64,000 nt of DNA from a virus, in the IMG/VR virus record IMGVR_UViG_3300025120_000017, positions 32,001 to 96,000 of that record; one strand, written 5' to 3'. The notes beneath the pieces are model-generated. The model did no database searches. It saw only the letters and a program-made list of their open reading frames with translations, and was not told where the DNA came from. How positions within the stretch are numbered: the stretch's first letter is position 1; every line of letters begins with the position of its first letter. The translations under genes were made by a program, and so were the position numbers. Below are positions 38,075 to 45,580 of the stretch, one piece after another.

Positions 38075-39137
38075 ATTTTGTTTTACTAAAATATGTAGAC
38101 AATTTATTTAATGATTCTGAGTATTCACGATTATCATAAACATATTTTATCACTTCGTTCAAATCTTTAAGTCTTTTGTTTTTATATTTAAAATCTTTAA
38201 AGAATTTTGACCACATAAAGCATTGCTTATTTATCTTTATTTTATCTATAGCATTAGTTTTACCTGTCTTATCGTTATCGTAAAAATATCTAATATTATC
38301 CATATCATCAAAAAATTCTTTTAATTTAGTTGCACCTGCGGTTGCTACGCTATTTGGTAAAAAGAATGAATCTAACGGACCTTCAAAAACTGTGAGAGGT
38401 ATTTCAAGGTTTACATTAAAGATATTGAATATTAAAGATAAGTTATCGCAAGTACCTTTAAACACAATATCTTTAAAATCTATATCATATCGCATTTCTT
38501 CATTTAACTTTGAAAAGTCTTTTGTCAGATATTTAGGACCACCGTCAAGATTTTTTATTTGTAACCCAACTACTTTATCTTCTCCTATTTTATTTAGGAT
38601 CCATACTTCTCTCTTCTTCCATTTATTTACTCTAAATAATAGTTGATTCTTTACACTTTGTAATAATCTATCTTTTATAAATTGTTCTGACCAATCATAG
38701 TATGCATAAGATTTTAATCCATAAAAATCTTTAATTCTTTTAGTGAGTATAGAATTTTCATGCAAGAACTTAAAATATTCACTACTGTTTTGAAGAGTGA
38801 TATGTTGTCTATTCTTACTATTATTTTTTAAGATCTCTGCAATATTTTTAATATAATCAGCATTTCCTATTTTTTTACCAAATGCTTTAAAGAATCTAAA
38901 TGCTCCCCAATATTTTGCTACGCATTCGCCATTAAAGCAATGGAATTTCATTGTATCAAAATAAAAATATCCACGTTTTTTTGTTCTATCTTTAACAGAG
39001 TCTCCGCATACTGGACAGGCCATTAATAATTCAGATCCTTTATTTCTTAGCTTTCTTTTATGAACATCTGTAAATGTATCATTAAGAATGTCTTGTATGG
39101 TTTCTGTTAAATGATTTTTTAAATTATCTTTACACAT
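38055..39137 (-). CDS. gp61: DNA primase (gp61-like)
   Basis: CPVCGDS..RG..HCFN zinc domain; TOPRIM EGPLDS, YDND, KDLNE. Confidence 0.93.
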   Translation of the reverse strand: MCKDNLKNHLTETIQDILNDTFTDVHKRKLRNKGSELLMACPVCGDSVKDRTKKRGYFYFDTMKFHCFNGECVAKYWGAFRFFKAFGKKIGNADYIKNIAEILKNNSKNRQHITLQNSSEYFKFLHENSILTKRIKDFYGLKSYAYYDWSEQFIKDRLLQSVKNQLLFRVNKWKKREVWILNKIGEDKVVGLQIKNLDGGPKYLTKDFSKLNEEMRYDIDFKDIVFKGTCDNLSLIFNIFNVNLEIPLTVFEGPLDSFFLPNSVATAGATKLKEFFDDMDNIRYFYDNDKTGKTNAIDKIKINKQCFMWSKFFKDFKYKNKRLKDLNEVIKYVYDNREYSESLNKLSTYFSKTKYDMYYV

Positions 39138-39147
39138 ATAATAGTAT

Positions 39148-39177
39148 AAAAAAAAGGGTGGGACTTATCCCACCCTT
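39148..39177 (-). terminator. intrinsic terminator after SSB
   Basis: AAGGGTGGGA-N4-TCCCACCCTT followed by a T run on the minus strand. Confidence 0.85.
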
Positions 39178-39204
39178 ATATAGTTACATTAATAGATTTA
39201 TCAA

Positions 39205-40233
39205 TTAAAGGTCTAAATCAAGATCATCTAGAAAATTATTAATGTTTTCGTCAGATTCTATTTCAACTGTTTTTTCTTTAGCAATAGGTTCAGATGTAGG
39301 TCTTGCATTTTTTAAAGCAGAACCAGACTCAACTTCATCTATCACATCATCAATAGATTCTGTAGATGCAGATGGTGTTGACTTATCAGCTTCTTTATTA
39401 ACAACTCCACTTATTTGCATTTCTCGTTTAGGTGCTGCAGTTGTCCCGAAAGATATTCCAGTTTTTTCAGTAATAATACTAAGCAATAGCGACTTTCGTT
39501 CTGCATCCATAGGAACATAAATGTATGGCTTCATAAGTTCTTCGCCTGTTTTAATAAATTCTAAAAATTCAGGTTTAGATTCAGTAGTAAATGATTCTCC
39601 TTTAAATTGTAATTCGCCTTTTTCTTGCCATTCACAACCATCATAATTCCAATACCCTCCTTTAAGACCAACGTTTACTTCTAAACTTCTTCCTATAAGT
39701 GGATTGAAGATATCTTCAGCTTTTTTACCCATCTTAATAGCTTTTGCATCAAGATTTACTTTACCATCAATTACTTTATGAACTTGTATAGGGCATTTCC
39801 ATACCATCAGCTTACCTTCATTCTCTGGTGTTACTAAATCTTTTTCTACATAAACTAAATAAAAGAAACTAGATTTTGGCTTAATTTCATCTGCAAGATC
39901 TTCAGATCTCTGATTTGTTTTTCCTTCTCTTTTTAATTTAAAGAATGCTCCCATAGCTTCGCATTTTTCGCCAATTGAGAACGGAGAGTCAAAATATCCA
40001 CCTTCATCAGCAGAATTCTTTAAATAGAATGTCTTTTTCTCAACGAAGTTTCTTTTAGGATTAAATCCGTCAGGATTAGCCAACCAATAAACAGGTCTTA
40101 CCACAGCAGAATATACTTTATCTTTTGCTTGGTTTGGATCTGGTTTAAATAAGTTAGTTGAATTTGAACTTTGCGACTGAGCAGGAGCTTCGAAGTCGTC
40201 CATGTTTACATTGAAAATGTCTAAATTTTCCAT
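39205..40233 (-). CDS. gp32: single-stranded DNA-binding protein (gp32-like)
   Basis: PENEGK, IFNP..G, G..NYD, acidic tail ending FLDDLDLDL. Confidence 0.85.
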   Translation of the reverse strand: MENLDIFNVNMDDFEAPAQSQSSNSTNLFKPDPNQAKDKVYSAVVRPVYWLANPDGFNPKRNFVEKKTFYLKNSADEGGYFDSPFSIGEKCEAMGAFFKLKREGKTNQRSEDLADEIKPKSSFFYLVYVEKDLVTPENEGKLMVWKCPIQVHKVIDGKVNLDAKAIKMGKKAEDIFNPLIGRSLEVNVGLKGGYWNYDGCEWQEKGELQFKGESFTTESKPEFLEFIKTGEELMKPYIYVPMDAERKSLLLSIITEKTGISFGTTAAPKREMQISGVVNKEADKSTPSASTESIDDVIDEVESGSALKNARPTSEPIAKEKTVEIESDENINNFLDDLDLDL

Positions 40234-40407
40234 AATTTACCGTTTTTACTTTTGTTAAATTTTAATTACAATAGTTAAATTCTTTTAAGCGCTTAATTGT
40301 TTTAACCTTTGTTACCTTTTTTTATAAAAAAGAGTTTTTTATTCTTTTCTATAGTATATTTAATCAACTAGGTTATGTTTATTTGCTTAATTTTATAACA
40401 TTTTTCA

Positions 40408-41412
40408 CTAAATTTTTACTGCTTCTACATCTAAACTTTCCATAAAATTTTCAGGAATGTTACCTAATTTATCTTGATCTTTTAAGTACTCAATAGTATC
40501 TTGAATTGCATCATGAATTGTTTTAACAGGTTTCCATTCTGTAAACATTTGTGCTTTTACACTATTTGCATAAATACTATGAGCTTCTCCATTAATTTCA
40601 GGAAATTGAATAAAGTCAACTTTTTTACCCATCTTATATGCAATTACTTTAACAATATCTATAAGACTTGTTGCTCTACCCGTTCCTAAATTAAAAGTGC
40701 CTGTGATATCTTTGTTATCTAACAAGAGTCTATGAAATGCGTTTACATCATCAACGTGTATAAAATCTCTTTCTCTTGTTTCATCACCAAATATGATTGG
40801 TTTATTGCCTTGCATATATCTAATGATAACTCCTGCAAAAAGCGGTGGAACTGTTCTTGTATAGTCTTGCATACACCCAGCAACATTAAAGTATCTTAAT
40901 GCAACCCATTTCATACCATATAGTTTTTTATATGATTCTGCTAGTGAAGCAACTGCAGCTTTTGAAGTACTATAAATTGTTTTAGGATTAGATTGTTCTT
41001 CTCTATATCCTCCTTGATATAAATAAGAATCTTCATATACAGCGCTAGTTTCACTAAAAACAACTTTAACATTATATTTTACAGCAATGTTAAAAACATT
41101 GATACTTCCCATTAAGTTATTATCATAGCAATCAGCTTGATTCTTATCACAATCATAAATGCTAACAAGACCCGCAAAATGATAGATAATATCTACACCT
41201 CCTAAAATATCAATAGCATCTTCAAGATCATTAGGTTTTCTAATATCACCTTCATAAAACTTTACCTTATCATGAATCTCTGGCATATAAGTACCTTGAC
41301 CTAAATTATCTAAAATAGCAATGTTGTCACTATCATAGCCTTCTTTTAATAAATCAGCGATAAAATTAGTTCCTATAAAACCACATCCACCTGTTATCAG
41401 AATCTTTTTCAT
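40408..41412 (-). CDS. NAD-dependent nucleotide-sugar epimerase/dehydratase (GalE-like)
   Basis: ITGGCGFIG, YSTSK, LRYFNVAG, RDFIHVDD, FNLGTG. Confidence 0.93.
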   Translation of the reverse strand: MKKILITGGCGFIGTNFIADLLKEGYDSDNIAILDNLGQGTYMPEIHDKVKFYEGDIRKPNDLEDAIDILGGVDIIYHFAGLVSIYDCDKNQADCYDNNLMGSINVFNIAVKYNVKVVFSETSAVYEDSYLYQGGYREEQSNPKTIYSTSKAAVASLAESYKKLYGMKWVALRYFNVAGCMQDYTRTVPPLFAGVIIRYMQGNKPIIFGDETRERDFIHVDDVNAFHRLLLDNKDITGTFNLGTGRATSLIDIVKVIAYKMGKKVDFIQFPEINGEAHSIYANSVKAQMFTEWKPVKTIHDAIQDTIEYLKDQDKLGNIPENFMESLDVEAVKI

Positions 41413-41425
41413 TTCTTTTTATTAA

Positions 41426-41454
41426 TTGAATAACAGTTATCTTATTTTTGTTTA
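41426..41454 (-). promoter_or_regulatory. putative middle-type promoter TAAACA-N17-ATTCAA
   Basis: Recurrent motif upstream of the epimerase. Confidence 0.45.
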
Positions 41455-41478
41455 AAATTAAAAAAATTAGAGTATTCT

Positions 41479-41506
41479 TAAACAAATATCTGGATTGTGT
41501 ATTTAA
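41479..41506 (+). promoter_or_regulatory. putative middle-type promoter TAAACA-N16-ATTTAA
   Basis: Recurrent motif upstream of guanylate kinase, on the matching strand. Confidence 0.45.
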
Positions 41507-41638
41507 TATATTGTAAAATCTCTAAGGAAGTTGAGACTCTGATTCTTTTAGAGTAACTATAAGGAGTTAATATTCTGAAACTATAAAGAGAAGAAATAGA
41601 ATATAAAAAGTATACATATAATAACTAAATGCATCTTA

Positions 41639-42115
41639 ATGAAAAGTAGAATAATAATAGTAGGAGCAGGTGGATCTGGTAAAGACCATTTAAGACAAAG
41701 ATTTATTGATAGAGGATATAAACCTAGTATAAGTTATACCACAAGACCTCCTAGAGATGGAGAAATTGAAGGGGTAGATTATTATTTCATTAATGAAGGC
41801 GCTTTTAAGTATGCGATAAAGCAAGGTGAGTTTTTTGAGTTTAGAGAATTTAACAGCTGGTATTATGGAACAAGTAATGTTGCTTTTAAATCTGCTAACT
41901 TATTTATAATGACTCCGCCTTCAATACATAAATTATCTAAAGAGATTAGAGAAACTTCTTTTATAATTTATTTAGATATACCAGAACATATTCGCATAAA
42001 GCGTCTTTCTGATAGAAAAGATGCAGATAGTGTTAAAAGAAGAGTAATTGCAGATAAAGAAATGTTTGATTGGTTTGTGGATTATGATCTTAGAATATCT
42101 GATCCTAACTTTTGA
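41639..42115 (+). CDS. gmk: guanylate kinase
   Basis: GAGGSGKD, SYTTRPPRDGE.EGVDYYF, YYGT. Confidence 0.9.
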   Translation: MKSRIIIVGAGGSGKDHLRQRFIDRGYKPSISYTTRPPRDGEIEGVDYYFINEGAFKYAIKQGEFFEFREFNSWYYGTSNVAFKSANLFIMTPPSIHKLSKEIRETSFIIYLDIPEHIRIKRLSDRKDADSVKRRVIADKEMFDWFVDYDLRISDPNF

Positions 42116-42136
42116 TTAAATAAACTACCTTCCTTA

Positions 42137-42190
42137 TACAGCGAGGTTGCTAAATATTAAATTGTAACATTCTCTAAGCAACCTCCTGTA
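42137..42190. other. inverted repeat (14-bp arms, 25-nt loop) between convergent genes
   Basis: TACAGcGAGGTTGCT ... AGCAACCTCCTGTA. Confidence 0.7.
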
Positions 42191-42195
42191 CTTTC

Positions 42196-42702
42196 TTAAT
42201 ATCTTGTTATCTTTTTTATTGCTCGTTTGTCCCAAATACAACCTGATGAAACATCCCAAGGTCTAATCCAACTTCCTATAGGTCCCCACGGGTGTTTAAT
42301 TTCTATTCCTTGCCATCCATCTTTTTCAACATCTTCCCATTTTATACCACTAACAGTATCTGGAAATCCTATTAAACCATATTTTGCCTCAAAGTCTTTT
42401 TGAGACATGTCTTTACCTAATCTTAATACGTTTTTATAGTTTATCTCTATTTTATGAAGGTTTCCTGCTTCCCAATCTGGCATATTTTGTCTAACCCAAT
42501 CAATCCACTCAGTTCCAAATGAATACCATAAACCGCTAGGCTTAAAGTTCATATAGCTTTTAGCAGGAGTGTTTTTTTGTTTTGTGTTTCGAGTTTTTAT
42601 AGTATAATCAGATGACATTATAACTTTATCACTTGATTTTATTTTAGCATAATCTTCATCTACTATAATTTTATTTTCAAAAAACTTATCTAACCTTTTC
42701 AT
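42196..42702 (-). CDS. hypothetical protein, possible ADP-ribosyltransferase-like fold, capsid-targeting-like start
   Basis: Start moved to MKRLDKFFE (42702); KPSGLWYS..KNVL..GWQGIEI..IWDKRAIK. Confidence 0.55.
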   Translation of the reverse strand: MKRLDKFFENKIIVDEDYAKIKSSDKVIMSSDYTIKTRNTKQKNTPAKSYMNFKPSGLWYSFGTEWIDWVRQNMPDWEAGNLHKIEINYKNVLRLGKDMSQKDFEAKYGLIGFPDTVSGIKWEDVEKDGWQGIEIKHPWGPIGSWIRPWDVSSGCIWDKRAIKKITRY

Positions 42703-42703
42703 T

Positions 42704-43210
42704 TTATTTCTTAAATTGAGGCTCAATTCCAAATTGCTCAAAAAGCCTTTCAAGCGGTTTGGTAAAATTTCCTCTTTTGTTTTTATATTCAGGTATTTTC
42801 TTTTTGCCGTTAACTGCTTTAACTAATTTATTATAAGAACTCTTCATTAGTATAGGCCTTCTTGGTTTTTCAGTAGGGTGAATCCATAATTCACCTTCTT
42901 GTATTTTATTATGTTCTAAATAATTTGCAAGATTTCTTAAAAAACTTATTATATCAATATGCTTAGACAACCCTAACCTATTAAATGAATTAGTTATTTT
43001 ACCTTCAAGTGCATTTGCTTGAAATTGTATTGCTCCTCTACATAAACCTTTTCCAGTTTCATCAGGAAGCTCTGCAACTAATTTATGCTGATGGTCTAAT
43101 ACAATTTCTTCAGGTGGATATTTATTACCTAATAAAGGACATATGCCTTTTTGCTCAGCATGCCATTTTTCTTTAAGTGCTTTTATATCTTTGCTTTCTA
43201 ATTGCTTCAT
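42704..43210 (-). CDS. gp49: endonuclease VII (Holliday junction resolvase, gp49-like)
   Basis: Q.GICP, LDHQH, G.CRG, NALEGKI, YL...IHP. Confidence 0.8.
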   Translation of the reverse strand: MKQLESKDIKALKEKWHAEQKGICPLLGNKYPPEEIVLDHQHKLVAELPDETGKGLCRGAIQFQANALEGKITNSFNRLGLSKHIDIISFLRNLANYLEHNKIQEGELWIHPTEKPRRPILMKSSYNKLVKAVNGKKKIPEYKNKRGNFTKPLERLFEQFGIEPQFKK

Positions 43211-43506
43211 TTATTTGTAGGTAAAAGTTTCCAAACATATATTGAATCTGAATGTGTTAAAAACTTTCCACCATCTTCAGTTTCTTCTAATATCTCTTTA
43301 ACTATATTAGTGCTTAATTTTCCACATATAAACCTGAAATTTACAGTAGGCTTAAATGGAATAGGGCCTCTAAATGCATCGTTATTTTCAATATTAGGAG
43401 TGTGTCCTTTTTCTCTATAGCAATAACCTAAAGCATCTGGGCTTAATAAATCAAGCTTGTTTAATATTTCCATATTAATATGAGTTTGCTTTATCTTCAT
43501 CCCCAA
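43207..43506 (-). CDS. hypothetical protein
   Basis: 99-aa ORF overlapping its neighbours in the operon. Confidence 0.55.
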   Translation of the reverse strand: MGMKIKQTHINMEILNKLDLLSPDALGYCYREKGHTPNIENNDAFRGPIPFKPTVNFRFICGKLSTNIVKEILEETEDGGKFLTHSDSIYVWKLLPTNK

Positions 43507-43751
43507 TCGCTATCAGCTTGATTATTATTTATCTCATCTTCTGCTATTTTCTTAATAAGCATTTCAAACTTAACAGATGTTGTTCCACTATAAATATTTT
43601 CCATTTCATCCATTTTTCTAGCAGCATCTAAAAAAGCTTCTAAATTAACTCCATTTCCACCTTTTTTATTTATAATTTGCATTTGCTTTAAAACAAGCTT
43701 TTCCATATCATTGCTTGTGTTCCTATGATTCATTTCTTGTATAGTTTTCAT
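43497..43751 (-). CDS. hypothetical protein
   Basis: 84-aa ORF, translationally coupled to neighbours. Confidence 0.6.
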   Translation of the reverse strand: MKTIQEMNHRNTSNDMEKLVLKQMQIINKKGGNGVNLEAFLDAARKMDEMENIYSGTTSVKFEMLIKKIAEDEINNNQADSDWG

Positions 43752-44329
43752 CAGTATGTAATATCTTTTTTATCTTGTGCTATAATTGATTTTATTTCCT
43801 TCACAAGCTTTGCAGTTGTTTTAGGATACCTATTTGTTCCAAAGTTATTGTAGAAACTTATAAAGCCATCTTCAGCTATGTCAATAAATAAAGTATCTTT
43901 TGCATTAACAAAGCCTTTCTTAGTAACACAGTCATATTCAAAAAATACATCATATTCACCATCAGCGTTATTAACGCCAATATCATATGTTGCTTTAGGG
44001 CCATTAGGAAACTTGCTTGTTAAAAACGCCGCAACTGATTCAGGCGTTATAGGTGCTTTAGCTTCTAAAATATTTCCATCTTTATCAAAGAAATCATCTG
44101 GGTCTAAATGATAATATCCCATTATGTCACTCACAATATCTTGATGGTCTGAATTATCCATATCATATTCCTTCTTAATGAACGCTTTAATTTTATCATC
44201 AGAAGGTTGACCTTTTCCTAAAACTTTTTTAATCTTAGCGATAGAATTATATTTATGATCTCTGTCGCTATCTTCACTTAAATGTGAATACTTCTTAGCT
44301 TCGTTTAAAAATTCGTTTAAGCTTTTCAT
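43751..44329 (-). CDS. putative capsid-targeted internal protein (2 modules)
   Basis: MKSLNEFLNE start; ILE linker. Confidence 0.7.
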   Translation of the reverse strand: MKSLNEFLNEAKKYSHLSEDSDRDHKYNSIAKIKKVLGKGQPSDDKIKAFIKKEYDMDNSDHQDIVSDIMGYYHLDPDDFFDKDGNILEAKAPITPESVAAFLTSKFPNGPKATYDIGVNNADGEYDVFFEYDCVTKKGFVNAKDTLFIDIAEDGFISFYNNFGTNRYPKTTAKLVKEIKSIIAQDKKDITY

Positions 44330-44330
44330 T

Positions 44331-44984
44331 TTAAAATTTTAATTTCTTTCCTAGTGCTGCACCTATTGCAGTACCTACAAGTCTACTTGTGAGTACATTA
44401 TATAAAGGCGAGTTATCTTTAATGCCTAAAGTGTTTGCTAATAATTTACCTATAGATTTACCGAAAGCTAAACCTCCGATACCTCCTAGTATAGAACCAA
44501 ATATTCCTTCATTAAGTAATTCGATTTGTGATTCATTAACGCTTTCAGGATTCATAAATATATCAATAATAGCAGATGCCTGTTCTTTAGTTAATTCCAT
44601 TTCAACATCTTCCTCATCTTCATCTTCTTCCATATCAGCTAAAATGTCACTAAACTTTCTAACCTTCACGGTCCCAGTAGGTATATCACCACTTCCCAAT
44701 GAATTACCATTAGGTAATGAAACTCCACCCATTCCGTTTACATTTGCTCCGGTTGCTGCTCCAAGATCTTCTCCAACTGCATCAGCATTTGTTTCATATA
44801 TTTCAATAGAGTTATTTTCCAGTTCATCTAAAAATCCAACTATAGAATCTTCATTATTTGATTCATAATAATTAGTTGATGTCATTGCTATTCCTTGCTT
44901 TGACCATGTACCATCTTTATATATTTCTTGAGCTTCCCTAGCGTCTCTTACTGCTACTTCTATGTAATATTTGTACTTGCTCAT
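44331..44984 (-). CDS. modular protein with capsid N-arm-like motif and C-terminal Gly-rich amphipathic segment
   Basis: Start moved to MSKYK (44984), downstream of TAAATATA; VNGMGGVSLP..GSGDIP; LLNE-GIFGSILGG. Confidence 0.7.
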   Translation of the reverse strand: MSKYKYYIEVAVRDAREAQEIYKDGTWSKQGIAMTSTNYYESNNEDSIVGFLDELENNSIEIYETNADAVGEDLGAATGANVNGMGGVSLPNGNSLGSGDIPTGTVKVRKFSDILADMEEDEDEEDVEMELTKEQASAIIDIFMNPESVNESQIELLNEGIFGSILGGIGGLAFGKSIGKLLANTLGIKDNSPLYNVLTSRLVGTAIGAALGKKLKF

Positions 44985-45010
44985 TTTTAAGTTATTCTTT
45001 TTATATTTAA

Positions 45011-45574
45011 TCAACCTTTCATAAACTTCATTTCAGTAGTAGTGTAATTAAACGTTACATCAAATGTATCAAAACCTGCAATATTTTCACTATAACTTAT
45101 TTGAAATTCACTTATGGCACTAAATATGCAATCTTTAAATACTCTACTAAACATTATAGTTCCATCATTATCTAATATATGTACTGGTAAATCAAACATA
45201 TATGCCTTAGGATTACTAAAGTCATATTTCTCATGAAATGCATCTAACATTATCCAATAATTAACATATCCATTTATCATTTTAAATGTTATAGTTAATG
45301 ACTTATCACTTAAATCTTGTGGATTTATACTTGCTCTATTTTGTCTAGTTATTGCAGTAGGCGTATACTTATCTTTGTAAAAAGGTTCAGGGACATCGTA
45401 CCCAAATGTAGGTATAGTGATTGCTTGCACGGTTCCTTTAACAAGTTCTATTGGGCTATCAATATATGATGGCATTCTTTTTACATATGGTCTATAAAAA
45501 GCATCAATTTCTGTGGATATGAAATCTTTAGGAAACCCTACATAAAATAAATCTTTTCTACTTAAATCACTCAT
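45011..45574 (-). CDS. tail tube-fold protein (gp3/gp19-like)
   Basis: VQAITIP, LTITF, NY, ILD, F.DC...IS, FDVTFNY pattern. Confidence 0.6.
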   Translation of the reverse strand: MSDLSRKDLFYVGFPKDFISTEIDAFYRPYVKRMPSYIDSPIELVKGTVQAITIPTFGYDVPEPFYKDKYTPTAITRQNRASINPQDLSDKSLTITFKMINGYVNYWIMLDAFHEKYDFSNPKAYMFDLPVHILDNDGTIMFSRVFKDCIFSAISEFQISYSENIAGFDTFDVTFNYTTTEMKFMKG

Positions 45575-45580
45575 TTATTA

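Noticed and set aside
41555-41590. Two copies of aactataaRgag upstream of gmk as origin iterons
   Set aside because: Only two short AT-rich copies; cannot be distinguished from chance.
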